Shown in pieces: positions 19,384 to 28,474 of a DNA stretch of 33,041 nt. Within the stretch, counting starts at the first letter, position 1, and each line of letters opens with the position of its first letter. Below the pieces are notes generated by a model. It was not told the origin of the DNA. It did no database searches and saw nothing but the letters and a program-made list of their open reading frames with translations. Position numbers and translations under genes: made by a program. The stretch spans positions 1 through 33,041 of the forward strand of contig JAQWOW010000168.1 in the NCBI GenBank assembly GCA_029245665.1, given 5' to 3'. This DNA is from Polaribacter sp. (GTDB lineage Bacteria > Bacteroidota > Bacteroidia > Flavobacteriales > Flavobacteriaceae).

Positions 19384-19712
19384 TGAATATAGAACTACCC
19401 GAAAAAAGGTATTATAAGATAGGTGAAGTAGCCAAAGCTTTTAATGTAAATACTTCTTTAGTTCGTTTTTGGGAAAAAGAATTTGATATTATCAAGCCCA
19501 AAAAAAATCCCAAAGGGAATCGTTTGTTTACCCAAGAAGACATTAAAAATTTCAAATTAATATTCAATTTAGTAAAAGAAAGAGGTTTCACTTTAGATGG
19601 GGCAAAACAAAAACTAAAGGAAAATCCCGAATCTACAATCCATACGTTTGAGATTATTAGTAGGTTGGAGGCTGTGAAAGCAGAATTGATTAAAATTAAA
19701 AATCAACTTTAA
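19383..19712 (+). CDS. MerR-family transcriptional regulator (short form)
   Basis: YKIGEVAKAFNVNTSLVRFWEKEF...GNRLFTQED winged HTH; start overlaps the M23 stop. Confidence 0.92.
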   Translation: MNIELPEKRYYKIGEVAKAFNVNTSLVRFWEKEFDIIKPKKNPKGNRLFTQEDIKNFKLIFNLVKERGFTLDGAKQKLKENPESTIHTFEIISRLEAVKAELIKIKNQL

Positions 19713-19722
19713 AAATAAAAAT

Positions 19723-21537
19723 ATGTCTAAAAAGTATATTGATTTAGATACTTTAAAATACATACTTTATGACGTTCATAATATAGAAGATCTTCTTATA
19801 AGAGAGCGGTTTCAAGACCATGATGTAGAGGCTTTAGATCTTTTTTTAGACTCCATTAAAGAATTTTCAGATAGAGAATTATATCCATTTTTTAAAGAAA
19901 TGGACGATACCCCTGCGCATTATCAAGACGGAACTGTTATTGTTCATGAACAAGTAGATGTAATGATGAAAAAAGGAGGAGAATTAGGAATCATTTCAGC
20001 CTCTTTTGATTACGATGATGGCGGTTTGCAAATTCCGTTTATGGCGCATCAAGCTGCCGCATATATTTTAGATGCCGCAAATAATCACCTACCTGGTTAC
20101 GCAGGTTTAACTCAAGGAGCAGCCGAATTAATTATTGAATTCGGAACTAAAGAATTAAACAAAGCCTATGTTCCAAAAATGCTCTCAGGAACTTGGGGAG
20201 GAACTATGTGTCTCACAGAGCCTCAGGCAGGAAGTTCTTTGTCGGATATTGTTACAAAAGCAACTCCCACTGAGAATGGTTTTTACAAACTATCTGGACA
20301 GAAAATATTTATTTCTGGAGGCGATCATCAATACGCAGAAAACATTGTGCATTTGGTATTGGCAAGAATAGAAGGCGCACCCCAAGGGACCAAAGGAATT
20401 TCTTTATTTGTTGTTCCTAAAAACAGACCAAAAGAGGATGGCACTTTAGAATACAATGATGTAATGACCGTTGCAGATTTTCAGAAAATGGGTCAACGTG
20501 GATATTGTACCACTCATTTAGTTTTTGGCGATTCAGACGACTGTAGAGGTTGGTTGGTAGGGGAAGAGAATAAAGGGTTGGCACAAATGTTTCTGATGAT
20601 GAATGCAGCAAGAATTGCTGTTGGGAGAGGTGCTGCAGCAATTGCAATGGCAGCCTATAGAACTTCTTTGCAATATGCAAATGAACGACCACAAGGAAGA
20701 AAACTGACAAGTACAGGAAAGAAAAACCCAACGGAAAAGCAAAGTTTAATTATCGAACATCCAGATGTAAGAAGAATGTTATTGCTTCAGAAATCAATTG
20801 TTGAAGGTTCTCTAAGTTTGGTTTTATTAGCTTCTAAATACCATGATATTATTCATTCATCTACAGATAAAGACGAAAAAGAAAAATATGATTTATTATT
20901 AGAAATGATCATTCCAATTGTAAAAACTTTCCCCTCAGAAGCAGGTTCTTTATCAGTAAATACAGGTTTGCAAGTTTTAGGGGGTTATGGATTCTGTACC
21001 GATTTTAAATTGCAACAGTATTACCGAGATATTAGAATTTCTGCCCTGTATGAGGGAACTACAGGTATTCAATCTCAAGATTTATTAGGAAGAAAAGTAT
21101 CCTTACAAAATGGAAAAGCATTGGAGCTATTGGCTTCAGAAATAATGCATACAGTTCACTTAGCTTCTAACCATTCTGATTTAAAGCCATATGCGGATCA
21201 ATTGGAAAATAAACTGCAATTATCTCAAAAAATACTTCAAAAATTAATCCCTTTTGCAATGAAAGGGAATTATGAGCGCTACTTATCGGATGCTAATTTA
21301 TTTATGGAGTTCATGAGTGTGTTGGTGCTAAGCTGGTTGTGGTTAGAAATGGCAGTAAATTCGAAAGAGACACTAGAATCTGGCATTTTAAAATACGAGG
21401 AAGATTTTTATGAAAGTAAAATTCATACCATGAAATTTTATTACAAGTACGAACTTCCAAAAACAATATCCCTAGCGGAATCATTAATGAGCGATGAGGT
21501 ACTAACAATCAAACAAGACAAAGAATATATTATATAA
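19723..21537 (+). CDS. Acyl-CoA dehydrogenase, long (~600 aa) FadE5/DmdC-like type
   Basis: GTMCLTEPQAGS, GQKIFISGG, KGISLFVVPK, YANERPQG, QVLGGYGF, catalytic YEGTTGIQ. Confidence 0.92.
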   Translation: MSKKYIDLDTLKYILYDVHNIEDLLIRERFQDHDVEALDLFLDSIKEFSDRELYPFFKEMDDTPAHYQDGTVIVHEQVDVMMKKGGELGIISASFDYDDGGLQIPFMAHQAAAYILDAANNHLPGYAGLTQGAAELIIEFGTKELNKAYVPKMLSGTWGGTMCLTEPQAGSSLSDIVTKATPTENGFYKLSGQKIFISGGDHQYAENIVHLVLARIEGAPQGTKGISLFVVPKNRPKEDGTLEYNDVMTVADFQKMGQRGYCTTHLVFGDSDDCRGWLVGEENKGLAQMFLMMNAARIAVGRGAAAIAMAAYRTSLQYANERPQGRKLTSTGKKNPTEKQSLIIEHPDVRRMLLLQKSIVEGSLSLVLLASKYHDIIHSSTDKDEKEKYDLLLEMIIPIVKTFPSEAGSLSVNTGLQVLGGYGFCTDFKLQQYYRDIRISALYEGTTGIQSQDLLGRKVSLQNGKALELLASEIMHTVHLASNHSDLKPYADQLENKLQLSQKILQKLIPFAMKGNYERYLSDANLFMEFMSVLVLSWLWLEMAVNSKETLESGILKYEEDFYESKIHTMKFYYKYELPKTISLAESLMSDEVLTIKQDKEYII

Positions 21538-22313
21538 TGACACATATTTCCAAACAATTTACATTAGAAGGTAAAGTTGCAATTATAACGGGTTCAAGCA
21601 AAGGGATAGGAAAAGCAATTGCCAAAGGATTTGCAGAAAACGGAGCGCAAGTTATTATTTCAAGTAGAAGTCAGGAAGCGTGTAACGAAGTTGTTGAGGA
21701 ATTTAAAAAAGAAGGGTTAAATGCAATCGGAATTTCCTGTCATATTGGAAAACCTGAACAGCGTGAAAAATTAATCACCCAAACAATTGCCGCTTTTGGT
21801 CGTCTTGATATTTTAGTAAATAATGCTGCAATTAATCCAGTTTTTGCACCCATTGAAGAAGTAGATTCTGCTGTTTTTGATAAAATTATGGACGTAAATG
21901 TAAAGGCTCCATGGAGTTTATCGAACATGGCATTGCCTCATTTAAAGGCGAATAAAAAGGGAAGTATTATCAACATTGCTTCTGTTGAAGCATTGACTCC
22001 TGGTCTGGGTTTAGGAATTTATAGCACTAGCAAAGCAGCTATTTTGATGTTGTCTAAAAATCAAGCAAAAGAATGGGGGAAATACGGAATTCGTGTAAAT
22101 GCTATTTGCCCAGGTTTGATCAAAACAAAATTTAGTGCAGCACTTTGGCAAAACGAAAAAATACTTGGAAAAATTCAGAAATCATTGCCAAGCGCAAGAA
22201 TGGGCATGCCTGAAGAGATGGTTGGCTTGGCTTGTTTGTTAGCTTCAGACGCTGGGGGGTATATGACGGGTGGTGTGTATACCGCCGATGGAGGATATAT
22301 GATTGCTGGATAA
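21537..22313 (+). CDS. Short-chain dehydrogenase/reductase (DHRS4-like)
   Basis: [36 protein letters not shown]. Confidence 0.92.
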   Translation: MTHISKQFTLEGKVAIITGSSKGIGKAIAKGFAENGAQVIISSRSQEACNEVVEEFKKEGLNAIGISCHIGKPEQREKLITQTIAAFGRLDILVNNAAINPVFAPIEEVDSAVFDKIMDVNVKAPWSLSNMALPHLKANKKGSIINIASVEALTPGLGLGIYSTSKAAILMLSKNQAKEWGKYGIRVNAICPGLIKTKFSAALWQNEKILGKIQKSLPSARMGMPEEMVGLACLLASDAGGYMTGGVYTADGGYMIAG

Positions 22314-22323
22314 AAAAATAAAT

Positions 22324-23541
22324 ATGAACTTTGATTACTCAAATAAATCAATTGAAATACAGCAAAAGCTAAGCGCTTTTATAGAAGAACACATTGTTCC
22401 TGTAGAAGCAGAATACATTGCTTTTCAGGCAGATGCAAACAATATGTGGCAACGTTTCCCAAAAATAGAAATGTTAAAACAAAAAGCAAAAGATGCAGGC
22501 TTATGGAATTTATTTCTGCCTAGTAACTATGGTGATTTAAGCCCGGGATTTACCAATCTAGAGTATGCTCCATTGGCAGAAATTATGGGTAAAAAAATTT
22601 GGATTTCAGAAATCTTTAACTGCTCTGCTCCAGATACTGGAAATATGGAAGTATTAGCAAAATATGGAAACGCTACTCAAAAAGAAAAATGGTTAACACC
22701 ACTTATGAATGGCGAAATTCGTTCTGCATTCTTAATGACAGAACCAGATGTAGCCTCTTCAGATGCAACAAATATTGAAACCTCTATTGAATTAGATGGC
22801 GATGAATATGTTATTAATGGAAGAAAATGGTGGTCTTCAGGTGCTATGGATCCACATTGTAAGGTAGCCATTGTAATGGGAAAAACCGATGTAAAGGCTG
22901 CGCGGCACCAACAACAAAGTATGGTTTTGGTTCCGATGGACACGCCAGGATTAAAAATCATCAGACCGCTTTCAGTTTTAGGCTTTTATGATTCACCAGA
23001 AGGGCATGCAGAGATTCAGTTAACAAATGTTCGAGTGCCCATTCAAAACTTAATTTTAGGAGAAGGAAGAGGTTTTGAAATTGCACAAGGTAGATTAGGT
23101 CCTGGAAGAATTCATCATTGTATGCGCTTGGTAGGTATGGCTCAATATGCTTTAGAAGTTATGTCTTATCGAACCCTTGAAAGAGAGGCTTTTGGGAAGA
23201 AGTTTTACGATTACAGCAGTATACGACAGGAAATCGCTAAATCTCAGTGTGAAATTGAGCAAGCACGACTATTAACTTTATCTGCTGCAGATAAAATGGA
23301 TAAATTAGGTAATAAAGCAGCAAAAGATATCATTGCTATGATAAAAATTGTTGCGCCAAGTATGGCTTTAAAAGTGATTGACCGCGCCATGCAAATTTTA
23401 GGTGGAAAGGGAGTGAGTCAAGATACATATTTACCTCATTATTTTGCAATTGCTAGAATATTGCGTTTGGCAGATGGCCCTGATGAAGTTCACATGTATC
23501 AATTGGGTAAAAGTTGTATTAAAAAATACGGAAACTCTTAA
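22324..23541 (+). CDS. Acyl-CoA dehydrogenase-fold protein, ACAD10/ACAD11/LvaC-like
   Basis: [62 protein letters not shown] (Asp where canonical ACADs have the catalytic Glu). Start set at MNFDYS (22324). Confidence 0.92.
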   Translation: MNFDYSNKSIEIQQKLSAFIEEHIVPVEAEYIAFQADANNMWQRFPKIEMLKQKAKDAGLWNLFLPSNYGDLSPGFTNLEYAPLAEIMGKKIWISEIFNCSAPDTGNMEVLAKYGNATQKEKWLTPLMNGEIRSAFLMTEPDVASSDATNIETSIELDGDEYVINGRKWWSSGAMDPHCKVAIVMGKTDVKAARHQQQSMVLVPMDTPGLKIIRPLSVLGFYDSPEGHAEIQLTNVRVPIQNLILGEGRGFEIAQGRLGPGRIHHCMRLVGMAQYALEVMSYRTLEREAFGKKFYDYSSIRQEIAKSQCEIEQARLLTLSAADKMDKLGNKAAKDIIAMIKIVAPSMALKVIDRAMQILGGKGVSQDTYLPHYFAIARILRLADGPDEVHMYQLGKSCIKKYGNS

Positions 23542-23542
23542 A

Positions 23543-24601
23543 ATGGTGCAACAAAAGGTTAGAAAAGGAGAAGAATTGAATGCCGTTTTGTTGAAAAGCT
23601 ATTTGCAAAAAAATAATTTAATTGATTCTGTGAAAAGCACTTTGTTTGTTGAACAATTTACGCATGGTTTTTCTAATTTAACGTATTTATTACAAATTGA
23701 GAATAAAGACTACGTTTTAAGAAAGCCTCCTATCGGAGCGATCAAAAGAGGTCATGATATGGGACGTGAATTTAAAGTCCAAAGTACTTTGAAATCGGCT
23801 TTTCCTATGGTGCCAAAAATGTATGTATTTTCAGAAGATGAAGCTATTGTTGGTAGTCAGTTTTATCTGATGGAGAAGGTGAATGGAGTTATTTTAAACG
23901 TCAAAGAAGCGACACAAAGAAAAATAGCTACAGCTGATTTTAAAACAATTGCAAACACTTGGTTAGATACCTTAGTAACCTTGCATAATGTTGACTATAA
24001 AGGAATAGGTTTGTCTGATTTGGGGAAGCCAAATGGGTATGTAGAAAGACAGGTTACCAATTGGGGAAAGCAGTATTTAAAAGCAAAAACAAATGAATAT
24101 CCAGAAGTTGAAATCGTGATGCGATGGATGCAAGAAAACCAGCCAACAAGCTATGATCATTGTTTAATTCATAATGATTATAAGTATGACAATATTGTCT
24201 TTAAAGATGATTATTGGCATGAAGTTACTGCAGTTTTAGATTGGGAAATGGCAACTTTAGGAGATCCATTAATGGATTTAGGAACTTCTTTAGCTTATTG
24301 GACGGTAGCTTCGGATGACGATTTTATAAAACAAGGGATTCCATCACCAACTGTTTTTGAGGGCAATCCAATACGAAGTGAAATTGCAAAAATGTACGCT
24401 GAAAAATCAGGAAGATCGATCGAGAATGTAGTTTTTTATTACGTTTTCGGGTTGTTTAAAATAGCTGTAATTGCGCAACAAATTTACTATCGATATCGGC
24501 AGGGCTGGACGACAGATATTCGTTTTGCTAATTTGAATAAAGCAGCCGAATTGTGTTGTAAATTAGCGTTAAATGCTATTAAAACCAATAAAATTGATTA
24601 A
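23543..24601 (+). CDS. APH-family phosphotransferase (ACAD10/11 kinase domain or LvaA-like)
   Basis: GFSNLTY, VLRKPP, HDMGREF, FYLME, HNDYKYDN, VLDWEMATLGDPLMDL. Start set at MVQQK (23543), 1 nt after the upstream stop. Confidence 0.92.
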   Translation: MVQQKVRKGEELNAVLLKSYLQKNNLIDSVKSTLFVEQFTHGFSNLTYLLQIENKDYVLRKPPIGAIKRGHDMGREFKVQSTLKSAFPMVPKMYVFSEDEAIVGSQFYLMEKVNGVILNVKEATQRKIATADFKTIANTWLDTLVTLHNVDYKGIGLSDLGKPNGYVERQVTNWGKQYLKAKTNEYPEVEIVMRWMQENQPTSYDHCLIHNDYKYDNIVFKDDYWHEVTAVLDWEMATLGDPLMDLGTSLAYWTVASDDDFIKQGIPSPTVFEGNPIRSEIAKMYAEKSGRSIENVVFYYVFGLFKIAVIAQQIYYRYRQGWTTDIRFANLNKAAELCCKLALNAIKTNKID

Positions 24602-24675
24602 AAATAGCAATTATTATAGGTGGGTATTGAGGTACAATTACAGGATGCAGTTTTTAATTGTGAAAAAGGCAAATA
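24601..24675 (+). pseudogene. Possible eroded SDR gene remnant
   Basis: Reads KIAIIIGGY*GTITG, then AVFNCEKG in a shifted frame; these resemble SDR N- and C-terminal motifs. Very short, so could be chance. Confidence 0.25.
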
Positions 24676-24773
24676 AAAAATGAGTTTTTTAAGCAGCTGA
24701 AAATGAAGCTCTATCTAAGAGTATTAAAAGCGGCAGCCTTATCCAATTCAATATTAATATTTTGTAAATAAGT

Positions 24774-25526
24774 ATGGAAGTAAAAAATAAAATAGTTATC
24801 GTTACAGGTGCAGGGTCAGGAATTGGAAAAGCGACAGCAATTCATTTTGCAAAATATGGTGCAATTGTTGTAGTTGCTGACATTAATTTAGAAAGTGCTC
24901 AAAAAGTTGTGGAAGAAATTGTAACAAATGGAGGTATCTCTCGCTCTATAAAAGTAAACGTTGCGAAGTTTGAAGAGGTTGATTATTTAATCAAGGCAAC
25001 TATTAAAGAGTTTGGACGATTGGATGTGATCGTAAATAATGCTGGTATTGGACCAAATTTATTAAGAACACACGAATCCTCTTTAGAAGATTGGAACAGG
25101 GTGATTGCAGTGAATCAAACAGGTGTTTTTTATTGCATGAAGTTGGCCTTAGTAGAATTTTTAAGACAAGGTGGAGGTACTATTGTAAATATTGCTTCAT
25201 TAGCAGGATTAAAAGCATCACCCAATAATATAAGTTACAGTGCTAGTAAATTTGCTGTAGTTGGAATGACAAAATCTGTAGCTATGGAATATGCAACGAA
25301 AAATATTCGAGTAAATGCTGTGTGTCCTGGGTATACAGAATCTGCTTTATTAGACCAGTTAATAGCAGCAAAACCAGAAATGGATGCAATTTTAAAAAGT
25401 GTAATACCTATGAAACGCTATGGGAAAGCAGAAGAAATTGCTGAAGCTGCAGTTTGGCTAGCATCAGATAATACAAAATTTATAACAGGACAAACCATTA
25501 CTTTAGATGGAGGAACATCTTTGTAA
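24774..25526 (+). CDS. Short-chain dehydrogenase/reductase (probably NAD-dependent)
   Basis: TGAGSGIG, ADI (acidic residue at the end of beta-2), NNAG, YSASK, ITGQTITLDGG. Confidence 0.93.
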   Translation: MEVKNKIVIVTGAGSGIGKATAIHFAKYGAIVVVADINLESAQKVVEEIVTNGGISRSIKVNVAKFEEVDYLIKATIKEFGRLDVIVNNAGIGPNLLRTHESSLEDWNRVIAVNQTGVFYCMKLALVEFLRQGGGTIVNIASLAGLKASPNNISYSASKFAVVGMTKSVAMEYATKNIRVNAVCPGYTESALLDQLIAAKPEMDAILKSVIPMKRYGKAEEIAEAAVWLASDNTKFITGQTITLDGGTSL

Positions 25527-25562
25527 AACAACAATAATTAACAAATATAAAATAGAACAAAA

Positions 25563-26168
25563 ATGAAAAAATGGCTTCCATTAATAATTACAATAGTAGT
25601 AGTATACATTGGCTACAGTTGGGCAAAAGGAATAAATAATACGGCTGTGGTGAATCAAGAAGACGCGAAAGCTGCATGGTCTAACGTAGAAAGTGCGTAT
25701 CAACGAAGAAATGATTTGATAGGTAACTTGGTAAAAACAGTTCAAGGTGCAGCAGATTTTGAAAAATCAACGTTGACAGAAGTTGTTAATGCGAGATCAA
25801 AAGCAACATCAACAACGATCAATGCTGGGAATTTAACAGGAGCAAGTTTAGCTCAATTTCAACAAGCGCAATCAGGCTTGTCAAGTGCCTTGTCTAAGTT
25901 ATTGGTAGTGGTAGAAAAATATCCAGATTTAAAATCGAATCAAAATTTTTTAGAACTACAAAATCAATTAGAGGGAACTGAGAATCGAATTAAAATGGAG
26001 AGAGATCGATTTAATGGTAAAGTAAACCAATACAACAAACATATCAAGGTTTTTCCTAATAGCATGTTGGCTGGAGTTTTTGGTTTTGAGAGTATGGATC
26101 TTTATTCATCGAATCCGGGTTCTGAAAATGCAGTGGATATAAATTTTGATTTTAACAAGAAAGAATAA
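25563..26168 (+). CDS. lemA: LemA family protein
   Basis: N-terminal TM; WSNVESAYQRRNDLIGNLV, EKYPDLKSNQNFLELQNQLEGTENRI, FPNSMLA. Confidence 0.95.
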   Translation: MKKWLPLIITIVVVYIGYSWAKGINNTAVVNQEDAKAAWSNVESAYQRRNDLIGNLVKTVQGAADFEKSTLTEVVNARSKATSTTINAGNLTGASLAQFQQAQSGLSSALSKLLVVVEKYPDLKSNQNFLELQNQLEGTENRIKMERDRFNGKVNQYNKHIKVFPNSMLAGVFGFESMDLYSSNPGSENAVDINFDFNKKE

Positions 26169-26608
26169 TGTCAAAAATAACATCTTTTCTTTCTCCCCAA
26201 GATGAAGAAGCAGTTGTTGCTGCTATCAAAGAAGCAGAGAAAAATACATCGGGAGAAATACGAGTGCACATAGAGGCGCACACAGATAATGATCATTACG
26301 AACATGCAATGAACGTTTTTGGTGAATTAAAAATGCATGAAACCAAATTAGGAAATGGTGTTCTTTTCTATGTAGCAGTGAATGATCATAAGTTTGTCAT
26401 TCTTGGTGATAAAGGAATTAATGACAAAGTAGCTGAAGATTTTTGGGATACAACGAAAGAAATGATGCAAAATCATTTCAGAAAAGGCGCGTTTAAACAA
26501 GGATTAGTCGATGGTATTTTAAAAGCAGGACATGAATTAAAAATTCATTTTCCATATCAAGACGATGATACAGACGAATTGTCTAATGAAATTTCTAAGA
26601 GCTCATGA
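26168..26608 (+). CDS. TPM-domain protein (short)
   Basis: AIKEAEKNTSGEIRVHIE, NGVLFYVA, GDKGIN, DELSNEI. Confidence 0.9.
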   Translation: MSKITSFLSPQDEEAVVAAIKEAEKNTSGEIRVHIEAHTDNDHYEHAMNVFGELKMHETKLGNGVLFYVAVNDHKFVILGDKGINDKVAEDFWDTTKEMMQNHFRKGAFKQGLVDGILKAGHELKIHFPYQDDDTDELSNEISKSS

Positions 26609-27390
26609 AAAAGATACTAATAGCCGGGCTACTGGGTTTTTTCTTTGTGAGTGTCAGTCAAGCACAATTTAAGATTCCTGAAGTTCCAAAAAAGCAATCG
26701 AGCGTTTATGATTATTCAGAATTACTTTCTTCGTTAGAAGCAAGAAACTTAGAGCAAAAGTTAGTCCGATATTCAGATTCAACATCTACACAAATTGTAG
26801 TGATTGTAATTAACTCTTCAAATGGGGAAGATATTAATTATCTCGCTGCAAACTGGGGAGAAAAATGGGGAATTGGTCAAAAAGGGAAAGATAATGGCGT
26901 TTTATTGATGCTGGCCTTAGAAGATAGAAAGGTTGCCATTCAAGTTGGAAGAGGAACTGAAGGGAGTCTTACAGATTTAATGTCGAAACGAATTATAGAA
27001 TCTCGAATCATTCCCGAATTTAAAAGAGGAAACTATTACAAAGGTTTAGACAGGGGAACTGATGGGATTTTTGAAGTTTTAAATGGAGAATTTAAGGAAA
27101 ATAGAAAACGAAAAAGTAAGAGGGAAGGGAACGATTTTTCAGGAGTTCTATCATTTATTGTCATTCTTATTTTGTTCATTACTTTAAGAAATAAAGGCGG
27201 CGGAAGAAACGGAGGAAGAAGATCTGGTTCGGGTGCTTTATTAGACATTCTTATCTTAAGCAGTATGGGAAGAAGTGGTGGCTTTGGAGGTTCTTCAGGC
27301 GGAGGTTCTTCTGGTGGCTTTGGTGGCGGTTTTGGTGGAGGTTTTGGTGGTGGAAGCTTCGGTGGAGGCGGTGCTTCAGGAGGGTGGTAA
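26605..27390 (+). CDS. TPM-domain (YgcG-like) membrane protein with Gly-rich tail
   Basis: Signal peptide; WGIGQKGKDNGVLL; TM helix; C-terminal GGGSFGGGGASGGW. Confidence 0.92.
   Translation: MKKILIAGLLGFFFVSVSQAQFKIPEVPKKQSSVYDYSELLSSLEARNLEQKLVRYSDSTSTQIVVIVINSSNGEDINYLAANWGEKWGIGQKGKDNGVLLMLALEDRKVAIQVGRGTEGSLTDLMSKRIIESRIIPEFKRGNYYKGLDRGTDGIFEVLNGEFKENRKRKSKREGNDFSGVLSFIVILILFITLRNKGGGRNGGRRSGSGALLDILILSSMGRSGGFGGSSGGGSSGGFGGGFGGGFGGGSFGGGGASGGW
27271..27387 (+). repeat. Low-complexity Gly-codon repeat (GGF/GGS) inside the TPM gene
   Basis: Repeated GGN codons, e.g. TTTGGTGG units; explained by the encoded protein. Confidence 0.8.
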
Positions 27391-27440
27391 ACGATTCTGT
27401 TTAAAATTTTAAATGGTGTTTTACACGAATTAAAAACCAA

Positions 27441-27821
27441 TTAAAGGACTGTAAATTTGAAAAACAAAAGCAGCCAACCAGCAACTAAAAACAAACCTCC
27501 TAAAGGAGTAATTGGCCCTAAAAATTTTATTTTTTTATTTTTTGCGGATGAAATTACCAAACCATAAATTGAAAAAGAAAACAACAACGTCCCGATGATG
27601 AATGCAAGAAATATGTATTGATCAATAGTCGAACTTTCTTTTAATTGAAAGCCTAAAACCAGCAATACAATTGCATGGTACATTTGGTATTTTATACCTG
27701 TCTCGAAACTTTGTAATTGTTCTGTAGATAATTTTTTCTTTAATAAATGTGCACCGAATGCACCCAAAATAATAGCCGTAGCTCCAAAAAATGCAGCAAA
27801 AACTAAAGCAATTTCATTCAT
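27441..27821 (-). CDS. DUF423 (YgdD/TMEM256-like) membrane protein
   Basis: LGAFGAH, FETGIKYQMYH, GTLLFSFSIY, GPITPLGG; four hydrophobic segments. Confidence 0.92.
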   Translation of the reverse strand: MNEIALVFAAFFGATAIILGAFGAHLLKKKLSTEQLQSFETGIKYQMYHAIVLLVLGFQLKESSTIDQYIFLAFIIGTLLFSFSIYGLVISSAKNKKIKFLGPITPLGGLFLVAGWLLLFFKFTVL

Positions 27822-27882
27822 ATTTTAAAAAATGTGTTATTGATTGAAATTTTTCATTAAAACAAGGTGTAAAAATACACTT

Positions 27883-28473
27883 TTAAAGTGTGTTTAGGTA
27901 TGTTTTATAGTCTTTTGGACTGTCAATATCAATTAGATTTACACGTGTTTTTGGAGATAAAATTTCTTTTTTGTTTTTTTGGAGGAATTCCCTAGCACCT
28001 TTATCGCCTTTAATCGCTAATAAATTTTTAATAAATGATTTTGGAAAAATTGCAGGAACCCCAAACCTATTTTCATATCTCGAGGCGATTATTTTCTTTT
28101 TTTCTTTTGAAAACAGCGCCACCATTTCTTGATAATAAGCTAGTTTAATAGCTGGTTGGTCTGCTAGTAACAGGAAGATTCCATCAAACTGTTTTTTTTG
28201 TTTTTGTAGGTGTTTTATTCCTGAAATAATACTAGAACTCAACCCCAATTCATAGTCTTTATTGATGGTAACATCCACATTACTCATATCCACTTTCTTT
28301 TTTATTTCTGCAGCATGTGCACCTAAAACACAGAGCGTGGAAGTTTTTTTAATTTTCATTGAAGTTTCTATAGCATTCTCTATGAGTGTTTTGCCCTCTA
28401 TTTTTAACAATTGTTTTATATTGCCCATTCTTGAAGATTTACCAGCCGCCAATATGAGTACAACTAATTGCAT
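27883..28473 (-). CDS. mocA: Molybdenum cofactor cytidylyltransferase-like nucleotidyltransferase
   Basis: LAAGKSSRMG..KQLL, GLSSSI, LADQP, GDKGAR, DIDSPKD; adjacent to xdhC. Confidence 0.85.
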   Translation of the reverse strand: MQLVVLILAAGKSSRMGNIKQLLKIEGKTLIENAIETSMKIKKTSTLCVLGAHAAEIKKKVDMSNVDVTINKDYELGLSSSIISGIKHLQKQKKQFDGIFLLLADQPAIKLAYYQEMVALFSKEKKKIIASRYENRFGVPAIFPKSFIKNLLAIKGDKGAREFLQKNKKEILSPKTRVNLIDIDSPKDYKTYLNTL

Positions 28474-28474
28474 A

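Noticed and set aside
22303-23542. Extended starts at 22303 and 23444 (likewise 4078, 4129, 6850, 18269)
   Set aside because: They overlap upstream genes or promoter elements, or add non-conserved-looking residues; downstream ATGs fit the family N-termini better.
23543-24601. Aminoglycoside resistance gene
   Set aside because: Motifs and context match the ACAD10/11/LvaA-type metabolic kinase, not APH resistance enzymes.
27036-27440. Proline-rich 134-aa minus-strand ORF
   Set aside because: Mirror of the Gly-codon tail of the TPM gene (GGN read as NCC/CCN).
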